DNA of 25,364 nucleotides from a virus. The notes below the pieces were generated by a model. It was given only the letters and a program-made list of their open reading frames with translations, did no database searches and was not told the origin of the DNA. This document shows, piece by piece, positions 17,222-25,347 of the stretch (position 1 is its first letter; every line of letters starts with the position of its first letter). A program made the position numbers and the translations under genes. The DNA lies in the IMG/VR virus record IMGVR_UViG_3300023171_000009, positions 73,113 to 98,476 of that record, one strand, 5' to 3'.

Positions 17222-17602
17222 TTATTCAGGCTTTTTAGGCGCGGGACGGCTAGCAGCAGGACGGCCAACAGGGCGAACACCCGCCTTAGCTGCGATGTTA
17301 GGAGGCAGATGCCCGGCATCGTCGTCCCCGCCTTCTTCGCGTTCATCGTTGCTTTCTTCGAAATCATCCTCAGCAATCTTTGCGGCGACTTTGGCGCTGG
17401 AAGTGATTTCGAATTTATAACGATTTTCGATCTTCCCTTCAACCGTAACCGGGTCGTAAACGTCTTTGAGAACCCTAGCGACTGCCGGACTGACAGGCTG
17501 CGGTTGATCACGCTGAAAAGTAAGAAAGCGGGGTTTATCGTCAGGAGTTTCAGGATCACGGAGGCTGAATTGATCGCCGCGAACAAGGATAGCAATTTGC
17601 AT
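17222..17602 (-). CDS. Hypothetical protein (probably capsid-associated; acidic then basic low-complexity tail)
   Basis: Fills the gap between the capsid terminator and the connector gene. AT-rich leader like the other genes; GC content resembles the capsid gene. Confidence 0.65.
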   Translation of the reverse strand: MQIAILVRGDQFSLRDPETPDDKPRFLTFQRDQPQPVSPAVARVLKDVYDPVTVEGKIENRYKFEITSSAKVAAKIAEDDFEESNDEREEGGDDDAGHLPPNIAAKAGVRPVGRPAASRPAPKKPE

Positions 17603-17644
17603 ATGGTTTTGTAGGTATTTAGATTTTGTTCAAAAGGTTATTAT

Positions 17645-17693
17645 AAAAAGGCTGCTAGGTATAGAGGTTTTAAGTCCATACCTAACAGCCTTT
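17645..17693 (-). terminator. Rho-independent terminator after the major capsid gene
   Basis: The minus strand reads AAAGGCTGTTAGGTAT-loop-ATACCTAGCAGCCTTT (16-bp stem, one U.G pair), with the 3' arm running into TTTTTAT. Confidence 0.8.
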
Positions 17694-17738
17694 GAACGAC
17701 ACCGGAAAGCAACCCCTAACTCTCCGATGTCAAGTATA

Positions 17739-18788
17739 TTAGGCGATACCGGTTGCCTTTACAACGGCTTTTTCCTCTTCAATTTGGACGGCAACGCGGC
17801 AAGTCACAACGAACTTGAATTGACGGGTTTCAATGTCGCGGTCCACTTCCAGCGTAATCTTGCGGCGGATGCCGAAAATGATATTACGTGGATCGGTGAG
17901 GAACAAAGTGCCAGCGGCAAGGAGCGGAACTTCACGGGCAGGAATGCCGATAGGCGTCATGATATCCCATCCGTTAACGGACAAGTCACCTAGACCGGTT
18001 GCCCTTGCGGCGTAAGCCATACGAAGATCAACTTCGTTATTAGGGTTAACCAAGAACCGCAACGCACCACGATTGCTGCGATACTTATTAGGCATTAATT
18101 TATAGATAGCTGCCAATAGCGTATGAGTCATTGGAGCGCTACCCGCAGCAAGAACGTTGCTAGTGGTGCGTTTGATAATACCGTCCTGAGCGGACAACAG
18201 ACGATTAATCTGCGTGCTAGTGCCAAGGGTAGTGTCACCATAGAGAATCAGATTCTCCAAGTCGGCTGCGGATTGACCACCTACAAGGGCGAGCACGCTA
18301 TCAACGAAGCCGTCCCCTTCAATGTTATCCTCTAGGGATTCATAAGGGATATTAACTTGGCCGATAAGTTCCTCCGCATCAAGTTCAATGAAGCTAGCAA
18401 CTGGCGTAGTGCGGTCACCGATAGGGACAGCGGTGTTTTCGATGCCGCGCACAAAAAACTGGTTACCAATTCCGAGCTTAGGAATCTGGTATTTGTCAGT
18501 AGGCATCGGCTGAACGCGGCAGGAATTGAGAATGGTGGGACTCTCAATAAGGTCACGAATAAAACGTGTTTCCTGCGTAGGGTTAAGCGTGCCTCCTTGG
18601 CTCCGCAGAGTGCTTGTTACAAGGTCAGCCTTGCGGACAAACTCCATGCGGGCGGAACGTTCGAAATCAGTTACCGAAATGTTATGCGCCTTCATCAAAC
18701 GCATAAGTTCCTTCCGGCCTAGTTCGGCGTGCTGTAGAGATTTCTGAATGCGGCTAGCAGTCCCGGCTTTTTTCTTGATAATTGGCAT
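17739..18788 (-). CDS. Major capsid protein (HK97 fold, XkdG-like)
   Basis: KADLVTSTL..GG.LNP.Q..RFI, I.YESLEDNIEG.GF, DLENLILYGDT, QDGIIK, MPNKYR and LTDPRNIIFGIRRKI.LE.DRDI motifs. Confidence 0.93.
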   Translation of the reverse strand: MPIIKKKAGTASRIQKSLQHAELGRKELMRLMKAHNISVTDFERSARMEFVRKADLVTSTLRSQGGTLNPTQETRFIRDLIESPTILNSCRVQPMPTDKYQIPKLGIGNQFFVRGIENTAVPIGDRTTPVASFIELDAEELIGQVNIPYESLEDNIEGDGFVDSVLALVGGQSAADLENLILYGDTTLGTSTQINRLLSAQDGIIKRTTSNVLAAGSAPMTHTLLAAIYKLMPNKYRSNRGALRFLVNPNNEVDLRMAYAARATGLGDLSVNGWDIMTPIGIPAREVPLLAAGTLFLTDPRNIIFGIRRKITLEVDRDIETRQFKFVVTCRVAVQIEEEKAVVKATGIA

Positions 18789-18823
18789 ATAAATGGAATG
18801 TGAAATGTTTGTTGTGTTAGTTT

Positions 18824-18836
18824 TGAAATCGTTGCA
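18824..18836 (+). repeat. Dispersed 13-bp motif (TGAAATCGTTGCA)
   Basis: Exact copy, intergenic, upstream of the major capsid gene. Confidence 0.9.
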
Positions 18837-18842
18837 AAGTTA

Positions 18843-20078
18843 TTAACGGCGTTTTTTGGTGTTAGCGTTCAATGGCATACAGCGTGCATTGAGCATTTTT
18901 TGAAGCGCGAAAGGATCACCCCTATCGTCTCCTTCTGTTTCGTTGTTGTCTTCTCCATCTTCATCTTCCTCGTTAGCGTCTTCTCCATCCTCATCTTCAT
19001 CCAATACAGGCGCGGGAGACTGGCCCAAACTTTTGCTCATCTTAATGACAAGTTCTTTAAGCGCAGCTAGCTCTTTACGAGTAGCGGAATCAGAAGCACT
19101 TTCCTTAACTTCAAGGAGGGCGGAAGCTTGTTTCTTAACCTTAACGGCAGGCGTGGACTTGGTAGGGGTTTCTTCGTCATCGTCCCCCAACAGTTCCTTA
19201 GCATATTCCGCCTTTTTAACTTTGGTAGGGGCAGATTTCCAAACACCAACTAGGGCACGAAGATAATCGCCGTATTCAGTAATCAACCCGTCAACTTCTC
19301 CGTCAACGTCGTCAGACTTCATGAACACATTACGCAAACCAACGCGCATTGCGGCTTGAAGTTCATTAAGCCCTAGCGGTCCTTTATCCTCGCTAGCCGC
19401 AATAACGGCTTCAATGGTTTTAGCGGCGGTGCCGACACTCCAAGAGTCAAACTTTTTGATGCGGTCAGCGACGGCGGCAGGAAGTTTTTTCGCTTTAGGC
19501 GTAAAGCTAGTGGCATCAGTAGCGGGAGCGTCCTTAGTCACTTCCTTTTTACCTTTAGCCTTAACAACGGGTTTCACGTCTTCGGGCTTTGGCTTAACCA
19601 CTTCTTCTTCCTCTTCCTCCGTTTCGGCATCGGCATCTTCCGAATCACTTTCAGCGTCGTCAGCGTCAGCGTCCTCCGCATCTTCCTCCGCATCTTCATC
19701 TGCGTCAGCGTCCTCCCCTTCCTCAGCGGCGTCAGCGTCATCTTCCACTGCTTCCTCCTTGGCTTTATCAGCCTTGGCAACTTTCTTAACAGGCTTCAAT
19801 TCACCCGCGAAAATAACCATGCCTTCAACGTCGCTTCCGATGTTTTCAAGCTTGAGGAATTTGCTAGACGGAGAATCCACGACGACGAAGCGGTCAGCCT
19901 TCTCAAGGATAGTAACTCCTTCCATTTCGTATTTCTCATCAAGGACGGCCTGAACCGAATCTTGATCTTCGAAATCCGATTTCAGGAATTCAATACGTTG
20001 AATAACCGGTTCTGGATTGGCCTTCTTAACAAGCTTTACGCGCCCGTTAGTAAGGCTAGATAGTTTTTTGAGTTTCAT
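18843..20078 (-). CDS. Capsid scaffolding protein (acidic, low complexity)
   Basis: Sits between the protease and the MCP. Long D/E/A tracts alternate with Lys-rich segments. Confidence 0.7.
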   Translation of the reverse strand: MKLKKLSSLTNGRVKLVKKANPEPVIQRIEFLKSDFEDQDSVQAVLDEKYEMEGVTILEKADRFVVVDSPSSKFLKLENIGSDVEGMVIFAGELKPVKKVAKADKAKEEAVEDDADAAEEGEDADADEDAEEDAEDADADDAESDSEDADAETEEEEEEVVKPKPEDVKPVVKAKGKKEVTKDAPATDATSFTPKAKKLPAAVADRIKKFDSWSVGTAAKTIEAVIAASEDKGPLGLNELQAAMRVGLRNVFMKSDDVDGEVDGLITEYGDYLRALVGVWKSAPTKVKKAEYAKELLGDDDEETPTKSTPAVKVKKQASALLEVKESASDSATRKELAALKELVIKMSKSLGQSPAPVLDEDEDGEDANEEDEDGEDNNETEGDDRGDPFALQKMLNARCMPLNANTKKRR

Positions 20079-20108
20079 GTAATGTGTTTTATCAATAGTG
20101 GTTAGTAG

Positions 20109-20465
20109 TTAAGCCTTTACTCTTGGCATTTTGGTTCCAGAACGGCGATGATTTCGAACCATTCCTTTTGCCCCCGTCTTATCGTTTATGCGGGGTTTAC
20201 GGTCCTCCGGCACAAAATAACGATTACCTCTCTTATCCCTTACCCATTTACCTTTAGGTTCTTTCGTAGCTGCTACCTTATTAATACTAGCAGGTTTAAT
20301 AGCGCCGTCAAGCTGGATATCGGTAGGAGTTGTCTTGTTAGAGCGTTTTACGACGTGGAAAGCCAATCGATTAGCCGGACGATCTACAAGACTAACGTGA
20401 GTTACGTCCACGCTTTCCAACAATGAAACATTGCGCACAATCGTTTTCTTTTTTGGTGAAATCAT
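20109..20465 (-). CDS. Small basic protein carrying the prohead-protease-associated VSLVDRPAN motif
   Basis: LESVDVTHVSLVDRPANRLAFHVVK matches the segment found in XkdF/HK97-type protease or scaffold polypeptides. Confidence 0.7.
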   Translation of the reverse strand: MISPKKKTIVRNVSLLESVDVTHVSLVDRPANRLAFHVVKRSNKTTPTDIQLDGAIKPASINKVAATKEPKGKWVRDKRGNRYFVPEDRKPRINDKTGAKGMVRNHRRSGTKMPRVKA

Positions 20466-20469
20466 TGCA
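20457..20469 (+). repeat. Dispersed 13-bp motif (TGAAATCATTGCA)
   Basis: Overlaps the ATG of the 20109-20465 ORF. Confidence 0.85.
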
Positions 20470-20484
20470 AAGTTTAAGTGTTAG

Positions 20485-21084
20485 TTAGTATTCAAGATTA
20501 ATCCTGTGTCGATGGCCTTTATCAAATTCGGTTATGGTGTTGTATAGAATTTCGTGTGTATGTCCGTTGGTTTCGCTAGTATGCCCTTTAATAACCCTTC
20601 CTCCTTCATCCAATTCCACAAACAACAAGTGTCTATGGCCATCCTCAGCGGGAGTTGTATAGGCTAGTTTATGTTGTTGATATATCACAGAGACTTTAGC
20701 GGCACGCTTCATCCCCGTTCCTTCAAAACTATAACCAGTCAACTCCCCCCTTTGGATCTTATCCCAAATCCCATCCTTTGTTATTTGCATCCCTACCACC
20801 CAAGCACCTACATCAGGAAAATCAGGAGTAGGCTCGCGAACGATGAAGCTTTCAATAATCTGGCTATACGTAGGTATATGATTATGATTCTCATCGGCGG
20901 CAATAGACAAATCAGCTTTCGCTAAAAATCCATGAGCCGCTTTCTCAATCTCCCCTTCCGTCATTAGATCGCCATGCGCATCTATCATCATCGGAGCATA
21001 AACTACTCCCCAAACCTTTTTTTGCTTTTTATCTATCTTGCTAAACCTAACGAACGTCCGTTTTGAACGTTTTTTTATTAACAT
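20485..21084 (-). CDS. xkdF: XkdF-like prohead serine protease (peptidase S78_2) with a His-rich C-terminus
   Basis: VWGVVYAP...DAHGD.MT..EIEKAAH.F, D..H, IIESFI and GAWVVG..I....IWDKI..GELTGYSFEG. C-terminal GHRH, GHTH and GHRH repeats. Confidence 0.9.
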   Translation of the reverse strand: MLIKKRSKRTFVRFSKIDKKQKKVWGVVYAPMMIDAHGDLMTEGEIEKAAHGFLAKADLSIAADENHNHIPTYSQIIESFIVREPTPDFPDVGAWVVGMQITKDGIWDKIQRGELTGYSFEGTGMKRAAKVSVIYQQHKLAYTTPAEDGHRHLLFVELDEGGRVIKGHTSETNGHTHEILYNTITEFDKGHRHRINLEY

Positions 21085-21092
21085 CTTTAGCT

Positions 21093-21120
21093 ATACTAAC
21101 ACGACAAGGACGGCTATCAA
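21093..21120 (-). promoter_or_regulatory. Putative sigma70-type promoter for the head operon
   Basis: TTGATA (21120-21115), a 16-nt spacer ending in TGT (extended -10 TGn), then TAGTAT (21098-21093), 8 nt upstream of the protease ATG. Confidence 0.45.
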
Positions 21121-21140
21121 GCTATATTTGTAAAATTATA

Positions 21141-23198
21141 CTATGCAACGATTTCACTTCTTACCTTGGAGTCTCTTGGTATGATTTGGACTTCATTTGG
21201 CGGGCTAGGAGCGCCGCTTAAATCTATATAAAACAACCCGATATTTATTCTGCTATTCTGTAACCCGGCCCTTGTCGCAAATGCTCTTACTTCCGTCGTT
21301 GTGTTGATCGTTATAGGGCCTGTATATAGTGTTGAAGCAGTAGTAGGATCGGTTCCGTTTAGGGTGTAGTAAATAGCACTAGCTCCTGTGCTGTCCAAGG
21401 TGACCACAACAGGCTCCTCATAGGTGTAAGGTTCTGGAGTAAACACTGGCACATAGGCTGCGGAGGCTGTGCCACCACTTCCTTCAATGGCTCCTTTAGT
21501 GGTGAATACACTTCTTGGATTGTTGTTACCGTCGAAAGGAATAAGGCTTCTATTTGTAAGGGCGGTGACCGCTGCCGGAGAAAGAACATAGTAATCATGC
21601 TCTATAGGATCACGGTATTTAACAGTCCCTAGCGTGTGCCCTTCACCGGGTGCAAAACCTGTAGTTCTTCTGTTATGATTTCCCATCCATTTGATGCCGG
21701 GAACAAGTTCAGGGAAGTTTTCATTAGTAACAACTACATCGCCCAATGTCTTCTTATTTAGAGTCATCCCCATTATGTTGTAAGCGAATGAACTATCTTC
21801 TGACAATTCAAAACCATTAGGGTCACCCGTGTCTTTAGCCGTTCTGCTTTCAAGCTTAACGCCGATAACTTGGTTTCCGTAAGTATTATTCCAATGCACG
21901 CAACCCCTCATCCTGAAGAAATTGCTCTCCTTACCATCGCTAGCAAGTTTAAAGAACCTATTGTTTATGAGGGCATGCCTAATTATTTTCAGCGTGTCTG
22001 TCATGAATAGGCATTGCACTGCGGCATTATCCACAATGTTATTAACCCACATGCAGTTTTCTTTATCAACGATGCTGAATTGAATAGCGTCTCCGTGAAC
22101 ACCGTCCAAGGGGCGTTGATCTGTATAACGGCAATCCCGCACCCATGGCACATTCATCAAGTCTCCAGTGATGTTGTTAACATCCATTCCTGACATATAG
22201 TGCGTTGCGGTGCATTCTGCTATGTTACCCCAATCACGTATTCTAGCCCTATAACGGTTAGTCTTTGTGATGTAAGCAATACCGCAACTTTGCCCTTTAA
22301 GTGAGGACACCTGCCCTTCGATTCGACCCTTGCCAAAAACGTCAGAACCGTCAATCCACATTATGACTTTATCCCCGGTAGAGGCGCCTGCGAACGGTGA
22401 AGGATCGGTAGTTCTATCGATAGTAAGCTCTCTTAAACGTATTAATCGAAAGCTAGAGCGAACTCCGGTGGCTCCGATTTTTTCAGTTAAGACAACATTT
22501 TCGCGGTTACATCCGGGAGCCAAAGCCAAGGTTAGCCATCTGCTTTTCGCGGTGTAAGGCGCTCCTTCCATCGGCACTTGATAATGCCCATCCCTAATCA
22601 AAATGCACCCATTATCAAGCTGGCCGTTATAGCCTTTCTTAAAGCAATCGCTTAACGTCGTATAGGGCTTTGCTTCGCTTCCATCGGCAATTGCAGGGTT
22701 AGCAGTTTCATCAAGCCATAGTTTAGGCTTGGAATATGAATTAACAATAGAGGCGTTAGAATAAAGTATTAAGCAAGATTCACTGGTAGGAGGACCGCCA
22801 GTTGTTTTGAAGTTATCTTGCGCAATGAAGGGCGGTCCATCTTCCGGGTAGGCTATAACTCTAACCTGAACGGCTCTATTTTCTGTAGTAGGCAGCAATC
22901 GACATATGTATTCAAAATACCCTGTGTCAGGGTTTTGTTCCATGCTAGTAACATCTATAGGAGTGCCGTTGTCCGCTATGAATCTAACTTTTTTAATGCC
23001 TGTGCTGTAATGCATGTGTCCAGTAGGATGCACGGCAAAAAAACCTATTATTACAGGCGCTTCATAACTTTGGCATGACGGAGTGCTCCATCGTCCCATT
23101 GGCCTATATTTAGAACCCCACGCGCCCGGAACGCCTACCGATTCAGGTTGTGGTATAAGAGGCCAATTAAGATCATTGCCGGGGATTAAGTCTATCAT
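21141..23198 (-). CDS. Putative polysaccharide-binding/depolymerase protein: N-terminal Ig-like domain, right-handed beta-helix, C-terminal CHB_HEX_C/Fn3-associated domain
   Basis: [11 protein letters not shown]...I.IRDG.Y beta-helix cap, HGDAIQF motif and Asn-rich coils. C-terminal PVFTP...[29 protein letters not shown]. Confidence 0.75.
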   Translation of the reverse strand: MIDLIPGNDLNWPLIPQPESVGVPGAWGSKYRPMGRWSTPSCQSYEAPVIIGFFAVHPTGHMHYSTGIKKVRFIADNGTPIDVTSMEQNPDTGYFEYICRLLPTTENRAVQVRVIAYPEDGPPFIAQDNFKTTGGPPTSESCLILYSNASIVNSYSKPKLWLDETANPAIADGSEAKPYTTLSDCFKKGYNGQLDNGCILIRDGHYQVPMEGAPYTAKSRWLTLALAPGCNRENVVLTEKIGATGVRSSFRLIRLRELTIDRTTDPSPFAGASTGDKVIMWIDGSDVFGKGRIEGQVSSLKGQSCGIAYITKTNRYRARIRDWGNIAECTATHYMSGMDVNNITGDLMNVPWVRDCRYTDQRPLDGVHGDAIQFSIVDKENCMWVNNIVDNAAVQCLFMTDTLKIIRHALINNRFFKLASDGKESNFFRMRGCVHWNNTYGNQVIGVKLESRTAKDTGDPNGFELSEDSSFAYNIMGMTLNKKTLGDVVVTNENFPELVPGIKWMGNHNRRTTGFAPGEGHTLGTVKYRDPIEHDYYVLSPAAVTALTNRSLIPFDGNNNPRSVFTTKGAIEGSGGTASAAYVPVFTPEPYTYEEPVVVTLDSTGASAIYYTLNGTDPTTASTLYTGPITINTTTEVRAFATRAGLQNSRINIGLFYIDLSGAPSPPNEVQIIPRDSKVRSEIVA
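21144..21156 (-). repeat. Dispersed 13-bp motif (TGAAATCGTTGCA)
   Basis: Exact copy encoding the last residues (EIVA) before the stop; just upstream of the putative head-operon promoter. Confidence 0.9.
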
Positions 23199-25318
23199 AC
23201 TAAAGTTGTGTAAGGGTTATTTCCTTTTCTATATACATCCATTATGTCTTCATCCGAGAACCACGCCCCGCTAATCATAGCAAATTGCAGAGTGCCATAA
23301 AGACCGGAAGTCCCTGTAGAACTTTCAGCTTTAGAAGCCATTTTAGCACGCGTTGTTTCAATCGGCTCCGGAATAGTTACTGCTCCGGAAGTGTATACTA
23401 ACTCTCCATCAATATATGCGCGTATTCTAGCACCATCCCAAGTCATCGCTAAGAAGTGCCATAAGCCATCATTACAAACTTTAGTGCTTTCATAGTTTAC
23501 TAGCGTTATACCAGTATCACTATAAAGTCTAAACAAGGGGCATCTACCGTCTGAATTACCTGTCCGGATAGCGGCCCCTTTAGTTTTAGAATCATGCCCT
23601 ACGTGCATGAAGACAGCGAAAGCCTTATTAACGGTCCATTTAGCCCATACGCCTATCGTAAATTGAGAGAGGTTTGTGATTTCGCCTAGCGAGCTAGTAT
23701 TCCCGTTGCTGCCCGAATATGCGCTACCCGCAGTCGCACCAGAACCAAAACTAGTCGCAGGATCGGGTGAGCCTAGAATGCCAGTTATTCCATGCGTATA
23801 TGCCCCTGAATATCCGCCAGATTCGTGAGAACCTGCTAGATCGATCATTGCGGCTCCGGTGTCGCTAAGAGGGAAAAACTGTCTAACGTCTGGTTTAACC
23901 TGTAATATATAGTCTATATAGGTGTATAGGGTTTCATTGGTTGTAACTATTGCAATCGTTGCACTCCATTCCGATCCGCAAACCGTGGCGCTGGCATCAT
24001 TCGAATTTATAGAGCGTATTCTAACCCAATGTGTTGTAGAACCCGTCCTTCCTGTAACAACGTAAGTATCAATAGAAGCAGGAATTATATCCTCTAAATC
24101 CTCCCACGTTTGTTTATTATCAGTAGATATGCTGATTTGATATCCGCCATTTATAGGAAGGATAGAAGGCGGGTTGAAATTAACTCTGAACTCAGTATCG
24201 CTTACCACCGTTGCACTAAGTGAAGACGGCGGAATGGTAGGGGGAGTATAAATAACTTGAGGCTGCTGAACTATGGATAGGCCAAAATCGTTCCACCCAA
24301 CAATTCTCATTAGATAGCGCCTGTTAGACTTAAATCCACTAATAGTCTTAAATAGGTCTAGTCCTTTACCAGCAAGGGCGGCACTTGTCGCGACGGTTGT
24401 CCACGTTTCACCCTCATCAAGACTTACTTGATAGTAGAAACCGCGTTCCTTGCCGCTTGTATCTGTTGCGTAAAAATCGATATCCTCACCAATCCCGTTT
24501 TCAATAACGTGCCCTCCAAAACTTCGGGCAGTGACATCAAAAGTGTTTGCAGCCACTTGCAAAATCTGAATAGAAGTTGCTGGACCGTTAGTATCTCGGG
24601 AGCCGTTAACAGTCCCGCCGGTAACGTGACCTACTCCGGCACCAATCTGTCTAACATTCCAGATATAGGCAGCAAAAGACGAGTAAGGCAGTCCATCCGC
24701 CATAAAAACAGACACATCAGCCCCTCCCAACAAACGAATAACCTTACCTAATCCTGCATTGCTAGCATCAAGCGTAACAGAAGTTCCACTAACATTAATG
24801 ACTTCAATGGCTGTAGCACCTGCAATACCTTGGGAGCCAGTGTCCCCCTTGTCTCCTTTATCGCCTTTCAATCCTTGCGGCCCTTGAATGCCCTGCGCTC
24901 CTGTAGGCCCTGCAACTCCCTGCGGTCCAGTATTGCCAGTGTTACCTTTAGCTCCCGTAGCGCCAACCGGTCCTTGTGGTCCTTGTGGTCCTGCTGGACC
25001 AACCGGTCCTTGTGGTCCAGTAGCGCCTGTTAATCCTCTAGCACCGGTTGCCCCTGTAGGTCCGGCAGGTCCAGTATTACCTGTTGTCCCCTTATCTCCC
25101 TTTGCACCAGTAGCACCGATAGGGCCTTGTGGACCAACGGGGCCTTGCAATCCGCCGTCTTCTACAATAGTAGCTAGAGCATCCCTAACGTCTTGAAGGT
25201 CGGCATTACTTGGAACATCTAGGGTTGTCTGAAAAGTTTCTTTTTCGTCCGGACTCAATGTCTCTTTAAATAACAAAGAAGATACGGCTTCATCAAGTTT
25301 TCCGTTATTGCGGCTCAT
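23195..25318 (-). CDS. Collagen-like fibre with FN3 repeats and a C-terminal LamG/concanavalin-A-like lectin domain
   Basis: 38 uninterrupted G-X-Y triplets. Two FN3-like segments (YQVSLD.G.TW...YLMRIVGWN and [10 protein letters not shown]...WVRIRSIN). LamG segment FTIGVWAK...[21 protein letters not shown]. Confidence 0.85.
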   Translation of the reverse strand: MSRNNGKLDEAVSSLLFKETLSPDEKETFQTTLDVPSNADLQDVRDALATIVEDGGLQGPVGPQGPIGATGAKGDKGTTGNTGPAGPTGATGARGLTGATGPQGPVGPAGPQGPQGPVGATGAKGNTGNTGPQGVAGPTGAQGIQGPQGLKGDKGDKGDTGSQGIAGATAIEVINVSGTSVTLDASNAGLGKVIRLLGGADVSVFMADGLPYSSFAAYIWNVRQIGAGVGHVTGGTVNGSRDTNGPATSIQILQVAANTFDVTARSFGGHVIENGIGEDIDFYATDTSGKERGFYYQVSLDEGETWTTVATSAALAGKGLDLFKTISGFKSNRRYLMRIVGWNDFGLSIVQQPQVIYTPPTIPPSSLSATVVSDTEFRVNFNPPSILPINGGYQISISTDNKQTWEDLEDIIPASIDTYVVTGRTGSTTHWVRIRSINSNDASATVCGSEWSATIAIVTTNETLYTYIDYILQVKPDVRQFFPLSDTGAAMIDLAGSHESGGYSGAYTHGITGILGSPDPATSFGSGATAGSAYSGSNGNTSSLGEITNLSQFTIGVWAKWTVNKAFAVFMHVGHDSKTKGAAIRTGNSDGRCPLFRLYSDTGITLVNYESTKVCNDGLWHFLAMTWDGARIRAYIDGELVYTSGAVTIPEPIETTRAKMASKAESSTGTSGLYGTLQFAMISGAWFSDEDIMDVYRKGNNPYTTLV
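23951..23963 (+). repeat. Dispersed 13-bp motif variant (TGCAATCGTTGCA)
   Basis: In the FN3-LamG linker (encodes ATIA). Confidence 0.8.
24812..25153 (-). repeat. Collagen triple-helix repeat (38 G-X-Y triplets)
   Basis: Residues 56-169, from GLQ-GPV-GPQ to GIA-GAT. Confidence 0.95.
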
Positions 25319-25347
25319 ATGTTTAAATTGTATAAGGGTTAGTATTT

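Noticed and set aside
17137-17595. 152-aa minus-strand ORF overlapping the 126-aa gene
   Set aside because: It is an alternative frame that overlaps the connector gene; the 17222-17602 frame has an ATG, a typical leader and better packing.
17706-17734. TTGACA on the minus strand just after the capsid stop codon
   Set aside because: No recognisable -10 element at 16-18 nt, and it lies upstream of the terminator.
1485-25196. Numerous plus-strand ORFs (e.g. 19414-19953 poly-Ser, 24888-25196 Gly/Pro-rich)
   Set aside because: They are antisense mirrors of acidic, collagen or fibre genes, with no independent motifs.
9255-25318. Alternative genetic code or stop-codon reassignment
   Set aside because: Genes are full length and tightly packed under the standard code, and TAA, TAG and TGA are all used as stops at sensible boundaries.
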